A stretch of DNA of 43,209 bases from an uncultured Methanosarcinales archaeon (GCA_964529655.1 CAZGZA010000003.1:3655-46863), one strand, 5' to 3'. Counted from the stretch's first letter, positions 1 through 7,847 are shown. Made by a program: numbers and translations. The notes: generated from the sequence alone by a model not told the origin.

Positions 1-1
1 C

Positions 2-862
2 CCTCATAGTGACATAGAATGGAACGATGAGCTCGTTTTTAACTATAAGAATGCAGTTGAGAGGGTTTTCAGCCTTTGTGAATCCTTATTTTTCTGCAGT
101 AAAAAGAAGAATAGCCTTCTTGACAAATGGCTGGTTTCAAAAGTCTATGACATTCTTAATAAGGTTTCATCATCAATGGAACGGTTTGATTTCAGGGAGG
201 CAACAAACCTGGTTTATTTTAATTTGTATGAATCCTTTAGGTGGTATCAGAGACGCGGTGGCTGCAACAAGACAACATTAAAAGTAGCTCTGGGTGTTTT
301 TGCCAAAATGGCTGCTCCATTCACCCCCCATATGGCAGAGGAACTATGGCATAATCTAGGATATGAGAATCTGGTTAGCGCAGAGGCATGGCCTGTTTTC
401 GATGAGAAAAAGATTGATTTGGATATAGACGCTATGGAGGGGATTATTGAAAGTTTGATAGGGGATATGAGGTCAGTGCTTAAGCTCTCCGGGATTAAAG
501 AGCCTAAAAGGGCCACTTTATTTATTGCGCCTGACTGGAAGTTTGATTTGTGCAGGGAAATCAAAAAGCAGCTTGGTATAACAAAAAATATTGGAGAGAT
601 AATGCGGGAAGTAATGCAGGATGAGAATTTAAGGGATAATGCAAAAGATGTTGGGAAGATTATCACATTTTTTGTTAGCTCTCCTGAAAAGCTTCAGTTT
701 GTTGTGGCGGGCGCTAGTAAGGAGTTTAGCCACCTTAAGTCAGCTGCAGACTTTCTTAAGCAGGAGTTTAATTTTGAGATTCATGTTGTTAAAGCTGAGG
801 AAAGCAGCGAAGAAAAGGCCGGGCATGCTATGCCGGGCAAACCAGCTATTCTTGTTGAGTAA
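2..862 (+). CDS. leuS: leucyl-tRNA synthetase, C-terminal portion (5' end outside window)
   Basis: The frame of the listed ORF 176..862 stays open back to base 2 (PHSDIEWNDELVFNYKNAVERVF...LDKWLVSKVYDILNKVSSSMERFDFREATN). KMAAPFTPHMAEELWHNLG and the following C-terminal domain look like archaeal class I LeuRS. Confidence 0.75.
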   Translation, partial: PHSDIEWNDELVFNYKNAVERVFSLCESLFFCSKKKNSLLDKWLVSKVYDILNKVSSSMERFDFREATNLVYFNLYESFRWYQRRGGCNKTTLKVALGVFAKMAAPFTPHMAEELWHNLGYENLVSAEAWPVFDEKKIDLDIDAMEGIIESLIGDMRSVLKLSGIKEPKRATLFIAPDWKFDLCREIKKQLGITKNIGEIMREVMQDENLRDNAKDVGKIITFFVSSPEKLQFVVAGASKEFSHLKSAADFLKQEFNFEIHVVKAEESSEEKAGHAMPGKPAILVE

Positions 863-885
863 ATTATTCTTTTAAACCCAAAAAG

Positions 886-1159
886 AAGTGGACAGGCTGT
901 TAAGGATTGAATAAGAACAAACTTATTAGGGTATCCTTATCCTTTCTCAAACCCGCTTCCCCTCAAGCAAACATCTTTAGGGTTAGTGCTGCTGCATTCC
1001 TGCCCTGACACGGTTCTCTTAAAGTTATCTCCTGAAGGACAGGTTCTCAACGTCCAGATAGGGACTAATAAGCTCGGTCTTAGCCGCTCCAAAACTAGCC
1101 CGGCCATGAAGCCCGTTTGCCGTTACAGAGCAGGGCTAACGCTCCAGCTTGCCTGTCCA
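886..1159 (-). ncRNA. signal recognition particle (7S/SRP) RNA, about 274 nt
   Basis: Read on the minus strand. Helix-8 apex GUG-U-CAGG-GCA-GGAA-UGC-AGCA-G-CAC (plus 986-1011, GGAA loop = plus 997-1000) matches the universal CAGG..GNAR..AGCA SRP54-binding motif. UGUAAC Alu-domain motif at plus 1122-1127. The 5' end UGGACAGGC (1159-1151) is perfectly complementary to GCCUGUCCA (897-889). A TTTTTAAA box is centred about 26 nt upstream (plus 1181-1188) and a T5 run follows the 3' stem (plus 880-884). Local GC is clearly above the flanks. Confidence 0.7.
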
Positions 1160-1205
1160 ATAAGTATTAATATCCTGTTATTTAAAAACCTTAGGAAAAA
1201 ACTAG
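1115..1205. repeat. direct repeat unit A: SRP RNA 5' 45 nt plus its promoter
   Basis: 1115-1159 is identical (45/45) to 1280-1324. The next ~45 bp align only patchily, except for a conserved block gtttaaaaa(a)c(c/t)ttaggaa, which on the minus strand reads as a BRE/TATA-like box at about -26. Confidence 0.9.
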
Positions 1206-1324
1206 TTAAGGGGACTAAAATTGCCATGCAATTTTATGTCGCTTGCTTTTTACCAGATTTTTAGCAAAAATCTGAGCATGTTTGCCGTTACAGAGCAGGG
1301 CTAACGCTCCAGCTTGCCTGTCCA
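1202..1324 (-). ncRNA. candidate short transcript: SRP Alu-domain 5' module, then unrelated hairpin (hypothetical)
   Basis: If the distal promoter-like box fires, the RNA would start near 1324 with the 45 nt shared with SRP RNA. It would then diverge into a perfect 9-bp/3-nt-loop hairpin (plus 1254-1274) and reach a T6 run (plus 1196-1201). Inferred from sequence only. Confidence 0.25.
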
Positions 1325-1370
1325 TCAACATTAAAATTTTTGCAGTTTAAAAAACTTTAGGAAGATCCAA
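1280..1370. repeat. direct repeat unit B: second copy of SRP RNA 5' 45 nt plus promoter-like box
   Basis: 1280-1324 is identical to 1115-1159. The TTTTTTAAA box at plus 1346-1354 is centred about 26 nt upstream of 1324 on the minus strand. Confidence 0.9.
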
Positions 1371-1384
1371 CAAGATTAGAATAA

Positions 1385-1423
1385 CGCAGACTCGCTAACT
1401 ATATACCAATCAGCGAGTTTGCG
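1385..1423. repeat. inverted repeat / hairpin upstream of the TraB-family gene
   Basis: cgcagactcgct (1385-1396) pairs with agcgagtttgcg (1412-1423): 12 bp including one G-U, with a 15-nt loop containing ctatata. Followed by a direct repeat of aaagtgca (1431-1438, 1443-1450) and its inverted partial copy gcactttt (1464-1471). Confidence 0.6.
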
Positions 1424-1509
1424 GAATTAAAAAGTGCACACTAAAGTGCAAGGTTTTGGAGGCGCACTTTTAAATAAGTTTTTAAAAGAAAAAGTTTCTT
1501 TGATTGTAT

Positions 1510-2193
1510 ATGTTGCAATACAAAAATCTTACTGTTATTGGCACATCCCACATTGCTCAACAAAGTGTGGATGAGGTTAAAAGTGCGATTGAAAAAGCAC
1601 TTCCTGATATTATTGCTTTAGAGCTGGATGTAAAAAGGGCATCTGCCTTAATGCACAGGGTTAAGCACAGGTTTGGCTTGCGTGATATCAGAAAAGTTGG
1701 GTTAAAGGGTTTTTTGTTTGCCTTGATTGCCTCATGGGTTGAGGAAAAGCTTGGCGCAAAAGTTGGTGTTAAGCCAGGTTCTGAGATGAAAACCGCTATT
1801 GATTTAGCTAGGCAAAAAAAGATTATGCTTGCTTTTATAGACCAGGATATTGAGGTTACCTTAAAAAAGCTTTCAAAAGCATTTGGATGGAGAGAAAAGT
1901 GGTCGCTGGTAAAAGATATCTTCAGGATGGTGGTATTTAGAAAGAGTGATATTTTCTTTGACCTTAGAAAGGTTCCTGGCAAGAATATTGTAAAAGAGCT
2001 AACATCAAAGGTTAAAGAGAGCTATCCAAAAGTTTATCGCGTTTTGGTTGCTGAAAGAAATGTGTTCATGGCAAAAAGGCTGGTAGAGATTATGCAAAGC
2101 TATCCTGATAAGCGCATTGTCGCTGTTATCGGAGCCGGGCACGAAGATGAAATACTAAAGATTATTGGACATCAAAAACTATTTATATCCTAA
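1510..2193 (+). CDS. TraB/PrgY-family protein
   Basis: NLTVIGTSHIAQQS near the N-terminus and VAVIGAGHEDEI near the C-terminus are the two signature blocks of the TraB/PrgY (pheromone shutdown-like) family. The ATG at 1510 is preferred over the TTG listed at 1504. Confidence 0.8.
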   Translation: MLQYKNLTVIGTSHIAQQSVDEVKSAIEKALPDIIALELDVKRASALMHRVKHRFGLRDIRKVGLKGFLFALIASWVEEKLGAKVGVKPGSEMKTAIDLARQKKIMLAFIDQDIEVTLKKLSKAFGWREKWSLVKDIFRMVVFRKSDIFFDLRKVPGKNIVKELTSKVKESYPKVYRVLVAERNVFMAKRLVEIMQSYPDKRIVAVIGAGHEDEILKIIGHQKLFIS

Positions 2194-2209
2194 AAACCTA
2201 TTCTAAACA

Positions 2210-2938
2210 ATGTATCATTTAAGGACGTTGAGAAAAAGCATTCATTATTCTAATTCTGAGATAAAAGGCATGCTGATTGGAGTTGTCTGCATGGCCTTTA
2301 TTCTGTCTTTTAATGACTGGGGTGTTGAGGAGTTTAGCCTTGTTGTTGGGATTAGCAATTTTATGTTTGCTGTTTTAATTGTCGGGTTTTCTGTTTTCTT
2401 CCGCGATGCGGTTCAGCGCCTGTTTGCCCTGCGGCTTGGCATTAAAACCAAATTTAGGTTGTGGTGGTATGGGATTTTAGTTGCATTGATTTTTACTATT
2501 CTAGTGCATGGGGCCATTAAACTGTTTTTAATTGGCGGAATTACTATGGCAATCATAAGAACCAGGCGCCTTGGAAGGTTTTATTACAGGAGTTCCCTGA
2601 GAACTGCAAGTATAGTTTCTTTTATAGGTCCATTGACGAATATTGGATTGGCGGCTTTGGCAAAGTTTGTTAGCCTGATTATTCCTATTAATGGGTACTT
2701 TTTGGAGAGGTTTGTTTTGTTTAATGTTGCCTATGCAGTTTTAGCGCTGCTGCCAATACCTCCGCTTGAGGGCAGCCATATGTTTTATCATTCCAGGCTA
2801 GTTTACAGCTTTATTTTTGGCAGTGTTCTGGGATACATGATTTTTGTTGGCTTTAGTTTTGCCTGGCTATGGGCGTTGCTATTTGGCGTAGGATTTTTTA
2901 TTGTGTTTTACAAGTTTATAGAAAGGCCAAAACATTAA
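2210..2938 (+). CDS. polytopic membrane protein, site-2 protease (peptidase M50)-like with degenerate active site
   Basis: Multiple hydrophobic segments. LALLPIPPLEGSHMF resembles the M50 NxxPxxPLDG block. The position of HExxH reads FFRDAVQRLFALRLG (R-D-x-x-Q). Confidence 0.6.
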   Translation: MYHLRTLRKSIHYSNSEIKGMLIGVVCMAFILSFNDWGVEEFSLVVGISNFMFAVLIVGFSVFFRDAVQRLFALRLGIKTKFRLWWYGILVALIFTILVHGAIKLFLIGGITMAIIRTRRLGRFYYRSSLRTASIVSFIGPLTNIGLAALAKFVSLIIPINGYFLERFVLFNVAYAVLALLPIPPLEGSHMFYHSRLVYSFIFGSVLGYMIFVGFSFAWLWALLFGVGFFIVFYKFIERPKH

Positions 2939-2969
2939 GTATTTATAACTTACAGGAATTTTAGCACAG

Positions 2970-5183
2970 ATGCTTAAGGATATTGCTCCAAGAGTGTATC
3001 AGCAGACTATTTTTGCGGGCTGCATTGAAAAGAACTGCCTGGTTGTTCTTCCAACAGGGATGGGCAAGACTCTTATTGCACTTTTGCTGGCTGTGCATCG
3101 GCTGAAGAATTATCCAAAATCAAAAATTCTTATTTTGTCCCCAACAAGGCCCCTAGTTGAACAGCATCTGAACACCTTTAAGCAATATCTTGAGATTAAT
3201 GAAACAGAGATGGCTTTGTTTACCGGATTTGTAAGCCCTGAGAAACGGAAGGTGTTATGGAGTGAAGCAAGGATTATTTTTTCAACTCCGCAGGGTTTGG
3301 AGAATGATATTCTTTCTCAGAGGTTGTCTCTTGATGATGTTAGTCTGGTTGTTTTTGATGAATGCCACAAAGCAGTGGGTGATTATGCCTATGTTTTTAT
3401 CGCCAAGCAATACCAGAAAAGTGCAAAATTTCCAAGGATTCTTGCCCTGACTGCATCGCCTGGCAGTGATGTAGAAAAAATTATAGAGATGTGCAGGAAT
3501 TTGTTTATTGAGGGTATTGAGGTAAGGAGCCAGACAGACGATGATGTTAAGGAGTATATAAAGGAAATTGATGTTGAATGGCTAAAGGTGGAGTTGCCGG
3601 ATGAATTTAAGCAGATTAAGTGTTTGCTAGAAAGCTGTTGCAGGGTTAAAACAGATGAGATAAAAAAGCTGGGAATTATCCGCGCACCTTTGCTGACAAA
3701 GACTGAAATTATACGGTTGCAGGCGCAGTTGCATGCTGAAATCAGCCGCGGTGAGAGAGAATTTAGCTTGTTAAGGTCAGTCTCGATTCTTGCTGAAATT
3801 TTAAAGACACAGCACGCTCTTGAGCTTCTTGAAACACAGGGCATTTTTGCGCTGTACCATTATTTTGTTAAGCTTGAGGAGGAGTCGCTCAGCACCAAAG
3901 TAAAGGCACTAAAGAATTTGATGAATGATATTCATTTTCGTACCGCAATTGTCAAGACAAAAAGGCTGTTTGCAGCTGGCATTGAGCATCCAAAGATTTC
4001 AAAGCTTAAAGAGCTGGTTTTAGGTGAGGTTGCTAAAAATCCGCATGCAAAGGTCATTGTTTTTAACCAGTTTAGGGATTCTGCTCTTAAGATTGTTGAA
4101 GAGCTTAACAATTCCGGGCAGGAGGGGATAAAAGCAGAGTTGTTTGTCGGCCAGGCAAAAAAGGCAGGAATAGGATTAACGCAAAAACGGCAGGGCGAGT
4201 TGCTTAACGAGTTCAAATTAGGATTGTTTAATGTTCTTGTTGCCACCTCGGTAGCAGAAGAGGGGCTAGATATTCCAAAAGTGGATTTAGTTGTTTTTTA
4301 TGAGCCGGTTCCCTCCGCCATTCGGCATATACAAAGGCGCGGCAGGACAGGCAGGCAGGAAAGGGGGAGAGTTATTGTTCTTGTTGCAAAGGAAACACGG
4401 GATGAAGCTTATAGGTGGGCTGCGCATCGTAAGGAACAGATGATGCTTAAGCTGCTAAAAGAGCTAAAACATAAGCTTAGCTTTACTAATAATATAAAGC
4501 AAAGTTCTTTGGTTACAATCCCTGAACAAAAAACAAATGTTGTAATCCTTGTTGACTATCGGGAAAAAGGCTCTAATGTTATGAAGGAATTGATTGCAAG
4601 GGGAGTAAACCTGAGATTGGAGAAATTGGAAAGTGCGGATTTTATATTAAGCGGCAGGGTTTGTGTTGAGTACAAAACAACAGAGGATTTTATTAACTCC
4701 ATTATTGATGGCAGGTTGCTGGAGCAGGCAAAGTCTATAAAAATGAATTTTCCAAAACCGTTAATCATGGTTGAGGGCGGGGATTTTTGCTCTGGAAGGA
4801 GGATTCATCCCAATGCAGTCAATGGCATGCTCGCGGCTCTGATTGTGAATTTTGGTATTCCTGTTATACATACCAAGGATGCTATGGAAACCGCCTCTCT
4901 TTTGTGCACCATTGCAAAAAAGGAGCAGGAAAAATTCGGGATTGATTTTACTCCTCATTCCAAAAAGCCGCTGACCGTAAAGGAACAACAGGAGTTTATT
5001 GTCGCTGCGCTGCCAGGCATCGGCCGGACCCTGTGCAGGCCGCTTCTTAACCATTTTAAATCAGTTAAGAATATTGTCAATGCAGGTGAGGAGGATTTAC
5101 AAAAGATTGAAATGATAGGCGAAAAAAAAGCTGCTGACATAAAGAAGGTTCTTGAGGAGTTTTATGACGAAACTATAAGGTAA
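2970..5183 (+). CDS. hef: Hef helicase/nuclease (SF2 helicase fused to XPF/ERCC4 nuclease and (HhH)2)
   Basis: Helicase motifs VVLPTGMGKT, DECH, SATSVAEEGLDIP and QRRGRTGR. C-terminal ERCC4 block ILVDYREK...ESADFIL...VEYKT, then LPGIGRTL helix-hairpin-helix. Confidence 0.9.
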   Translation: MLKDIAPRVYQQTIFAGCIEKNCLVVLPTGMGKTLIALLLAVHRLKNYPKSKILILSPTRPLVEQHLNTFKQYLEINETEMALFTGFVSPEKRKVLWSEARIIFSTPQGLENDILSQRLSLDDVSLVVFDECHKAVGDYAYVFIAKQYQKSAKFPRILALTASPGSDVEKIIEMCRNLFIEGIEVRSQTDDDVKEYIKEIDVEWLKVELPDEFKQIKCLLESCCRVKTDEIKKLGIIRAPLLTKTEIIRLQAQLHAEISRGEREFSLLRSVSILAEILKTQHALELLETQGIFALYHYFVKLEEESLSTKVKALKNLMNDIHFRTAIVKTKRLFAAGIEHPKISKLKELVLGEVAKNPHAKVIVFNQFRDSALKIVEELNNSGQEGIKAELFVGQAKKAGIGLTQKRQGELLNEFKLGLFNVLVATSVAEEGLDIPKVDLVVFYEPVPSAIRHIQRRGRTGRQERGRVIVLVAKETRDEAYRWAAHRKEQMMLKLLKELKHKLSFTNNIKQSSLVTIPEQKTNVVILVDYREKGSNVMKELIARGVNLRLEKLESADFILSGRVCVEYKTTEDFINSIIDGRLLEQAKSIKMNFPKPLIMVEGGDFCSGRRIHPNAVNGMLAALIVNFGIPVIHTKDAMETASLLCTIAKKEQEKFGIDFTPHSKKPLTVKEQQEFIVAALPGIGRTLCRPLLNHFKSVKNIVNAGEEDLQKIEMIGEKKAADIKKVLEEFYDETIR

Positions 5184-5188
5184 TTGAA

Positions 5189-5746
5189 ATGAAGATAGCT
5201 ATTATCGGAACGCATGGAAGCGGAAAAACAACCCTTGCACTGCAACTTTTTGAAAGACTCTCAGTGGAGTTTCCTGGGAAAACTGTTGGTTTTCTTCAGG
5301 AGGTTGCCGGAAGGTGCCCATTTAAAATTAACAGGGGCGGGCTGGAAAGCCAGCTTTGGATTATTCAAAAGCAGCTCTTAGAGGAAATAGAGTTCTGTCA
5401 GGCCTATAATATTGTGGTTTGTGACAGAAGCCTACTAGACGCCTATATTTATACAAAAGATGTCTGTAATTTCTTTAATATTGGGATGCCGGGATGGATA
5501 GATGGACTGGTGGATTACCACATGCGCAGCTATGATTATATATTCAAGACAGAGCTGAATCCTTTTTTCCTTCAAAAGGATGGTGTCAGGAGTATAGACC
5601 CGCATTGGCAGAGGTTAATTGAGAATATTTTTAATGCAGTTCTGCAGGAAAAAAAGATAGCATACTTTACTCTGCCAAAGGAAAATCCATTGGAATTTAT
5701 ACTGGAAAAGATGGGGGTATTCTCAAACTATAGGCAGGGACATTAA
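5189..5746 (+). CDS. P-loop NTPase (AAA_28 / NadR-kinase-like)
   Basis: Walker A IIGTHGSGKTT at the N-terminus and a Walker B-like VVCDRS. Small size. Starts 6 nt after the hef stop. Confidence 0.6.
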   Translation: MKIAIIGTHGSGKTTLALQLFERLSVEFPGKTVGFLQEVAGRCPFKINRGGLESQLWIIQKQLLEEIEFCQAYNIVVCDRSLLDAYIYTKDVCNFFNIGMPGWIDGLVDYHMRSYDYIFKTELNPFFLQKDGVRSIDPHWQRLIENIFNAVLQEKKIAYFTLPKENPLEFILEKMGVFSNYRQGH

Positions 5747-5774
5747 TTTTTGTGTATATTTCCTTGCCTATATA

Positions 5775-5817
5775 GGGAAGACTTTAACAAATTTCATACG
5801 AATATTAAAGTCTTCTC
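5775..5817. repeat. inverted repeat / hairpin
   Basis: gggaagactttaa (5775-5787) pairs with ttaaagtcttctc (5805-5817): 13 bp with one G-U. The 17-nt loop is caaatttcatacgaata. Confidence 0.6.
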
Positions 5818-5847
5818 GTATAAGTCAAACTAAAGCTTACCTTATAT

Positions 5848-5935
5848 CAAATCGCATAAATTTTGGAACAATTATTTTGCGATTTGATATTTAGTAAATC
5901 TCACAATTTGTTCATAAATTAATGAGATTTACTAT
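5848..5935 (+). repeat. ~88-bp double-hairpin intergenic repeat, copy 1
   Basis: Aligns without indels to 15346-15433 (8 mismatches in 88 by manual alignment, with an identical 29-nt core taaatctcacaatttgttcataaattaat). Hairpin 1 is caaatcgca/tgcgatttg (5848-5856/5878-5886). Hairpin 2 is gtaaatctca/tgagatttac (5894-5903/5923-5932). Confidence 0.85.
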
Positions 5936-7506
5936 TATTTCACCTTTCTTCCGACTGTCTTAGGCTGCAGGAAATGTGTTACATAATCCGGGCCGCCTGT
6001 CTTTGAGTCAGTGCCTGACATATTAAAGCCGCCAAACGGATGGACTCCGACCAATGCGCCTGTGCATTTCCTGTTCAGATAAAGATTTCCTACGTGGAAG
6101 TCTCTGATAGCCTGCTCAAGTTTTGCCTCATTCCTTGTGTATACACCGCCTGTCAGGCCATACTCTGTACTGTTTGCAATCCTCAGAGCATCATCAAAAT
6201 CTTTTGCTTTGATTATAGCTAGTATAGGCCCAAATATTTCTTCCTGCGCAATTCTCGCATCCGGATCAACATCAGCGAAGATTGTCGGCTCTATGAAATA
6301 ACCTATGTCAGAGTTGCCACAGCCTCCCAACACTAGTTTTCCCTCTTTCTTTCCAATGTCAATGTATTCCCTTATTTTGTTAAATGCATGCTGGTTTATT
6401 ACAGGGCCAACATGATTTAAAGGATTATCAGAAGGCCCTAATCTTAATTTGCCAGCTTTCTCAACAAGCATCTCAACCACTGTGTTGTGTATGCTTTCCG
6501 GAACAATTAGCCTTGAGCATGAAGAACACTTCTGCCCCTGATAGCCAAACGCCGCGTTTATCGTGCCCGCCACTGCATTTTCCAGGTCAGCTTCTTCATC
6601 AATAATATGCGCATTCTTGCCGCCCATCTCAGCTACAAATCTCTTGAGCCATATCTGCCCATGCTGTGTTTTTGCGAGGTTCTCGTATATTCTTAACCCA
6701 ACCTCTTTTGACCCAGTGAATGCAACAAATCTTGTTTGAGGGCTCTTTACCAAATATTCTCCAACTTCTGCTCCACTTCCTGGAACAAAGTTTACAACTC
6801 CCGGCGGCAGGCCCGCTTCTTCAAGCAGTTCGACAAACTTATAGCCTATGACAGGCGTGTCAGACGCAGGCTTTACAACAACTGTGTTTCCTGCAACAAT
6901 AGGTGCTATTATCAATCCTGCAAGGATTGCGCAGGGATAATTCCAGGGAGGTATTACAACGCCTACTCCCAGGGGGATATACTGCATAAAGCCCTTTTCA
7001 TCTGCTTTTTTTGTAACTCTCTGCAGTCTGCACCACCTCTCCGCATACCTAGAGTAGAAGTCAAGGAAGTCTATTGTTTCTGCCACTTCCCCGTCTGCTT
7101 CAGCCCATGTTTTTCCAGCTTCATACACGACTCCTGCGTTGAATTTATGCCTTTTTTCTATCAATAATTGCCTTGCCTTCAGCATGATAGCGATTCTTTT
7201 TTCTATCGGAATACCTTTCCAGCTTTCAAATGCTTTTGTTGCAAATCTAAGAGCACTTTCTGCATGGTGCGCCTCCCCCTTACTGGCAATGCCTATGGCC
7301 TCATTTTTATTTGAAGGGTTATATGAAGTTATTGTGCCCCCTTTATGTCTGGAGTATGTTTTAACCCCATCTAAAATTAATGGGTAACTCTCTCCAAATT
7401 CAGCTCTTGTCTCTGCAAGCGCATCAAGCATGCCTTGCTTTACAGCTTCATCCGAATAATCAAAGTATTCACAGTTCCTGAATGTTTTTTTGAATCTTGT
7501 TGCCAT
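5935..7506 (-). CDS. pruA: 1-pyrroline-5-carboxylate (L-glutamate gamma-semialdehyde) dehydrogenase, aldehyde dehydrogenase superfamily
   Basis: The N-terminal region ...WAEADGEVAETIDFLDFYSRY is typical of RocA/PruA-type P5CDH. ALDH catalytic blocks EMGGKN and FGYQGQKCSSCSR are present. Confidence 0.8.
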   Translation of the reverse strand: MATRFKKTFRNCEYFDYSDEAVKQGMLDALAETRAEFGESYPLILDGVKTYSRHKGGTITSYNPSNKNEAIGIASKGEAHHAESALRFATKAFESWKGIPIEKRIAIMLKARQLLIEKRHKFNAGVVYEAGKTWAEADGEVAETIDFLDFYSRYAERWCRLQRVTKKADEKGFMQYIPLGVGVVIPPWNYPCAILAGLIIAPIVAGNTVVVKPASDTPVIGYKFVELLEEAGLPPGVVNFVPGSGAEVGEYLVKSPQTRFVAFTGSKEVGLRIYENLAKTQHGQIWLKRFVAEMGGKNAHIIDEEADLENAVAGTINAAFGYQGQKCSSCSRLIVPESIHNTVVEMLVEKAGKLRLGPSDNPLNHVGPVINQHAFNKIREYIDIGKKEGKLVLGGCGNSDIGYFIEPTIFADVDPDARIAQEEIFGPILAIIKAKDFDDALRIANSTEYGLTGGVYTRNEAKLEQAIRDFHVGNLYLNRKCTGALVGVHPFGGFNMSGTDSKTGGPDYVTHFLQPKTVGRKVK

Positions 7507-7508
7507 TC

Positions 7509-7658
7509 TTATAAAATTGTAGGGCGTTTTGATGCTATCATTCCCCTAATGTGATGAAGATAGTTTTCTATTGTCTTAAGAGAATATCCCTTTAGCTTAC
7601 ATTCTTGGACAACAATTGATTTGATTTCCTTAAAGGAGTGCATATTCATTATGCCCAT
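7509..7658 (-). CDS. 49-aa ORF resembling the N-terminal SAM-like domain of tyrosine recombinases (possible integrase remnant)
   Basis: Not in the ORF track because it is under 60 aa. My translation is MGIMNMHSFKEIKSIVVQECKLKGYSLKTIENYLHHIRGMIASKRPTIL. KGYSLKTIENYLHHIRGM resembles the g-S-x-x-T-I-x-x-Y-x-x-x-I-x-x-f pattern of Xer/integrase N-domains. Its stop lies 2 nt before the P5CDH ATG. Confidence 0.25.
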   Translation of the reverse strand: MGIMNMHSFKEIKSIVVQECKLKGYSLKTIENYLHHIRGMIASKRPTIL

Positions 7659-7705
7659 TATATGGGCCAAAAATATAAAACTTCGCTTTTTACATTAAAT
7701 TCCAG

Positions 7706-7734
7706 TATTAAGCGTAAAAAAACTACGCTTAATA
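7706..7734. repeat. perfect hairpin
   Basis: tattaagcgta (7706-7716) pairs with tacgcttaata (7724-7734): 11 bp, loop aaaaaac. Confidence 0.6.
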
Positions 7735-7847
7735 TATGTTATCTGTAATTATTTGGAATTTGTAGCCCCAACCACCCGCCCCTAATTTGTGGGCACTTTG
7801 CATAACTTAATAAATGAGAAATCAATTTAATAACAAAAGAGGATAAC

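Noticed and set aside
1115-1140. ACAGAGCAGGGCUAAC on the plus strand resembles the RNase P RNA CR-V motif (ACAGAAnnnGGCUUA)
   Set aside because: No CR-I (GAGGAAAGUCC-like) partner lies upstream and the P4 pairing cannot be built. The same bases read on the minus strand fit the SRP Alu UGUAAC region much better.
986-1264. 92-aa plus-strand ORF in the LeuRS/TraB gap
   Set aside because: It lies antisense to the SRP RNA candidate and spans the repeat unit. It has an odd composition and no recognisable motif. Its openness is best explained by the GC-rich RNA gene.
1115-1324. Possible mini-CRISPR (two identical 45-bp repeats)
   Set aside because: There are only two copies, spaced 165 bp apart. 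The sequences flanking the repeats are also partly homologous. The repeat is the 5' end of the SRP RNA candidate, and no cas genes are present.
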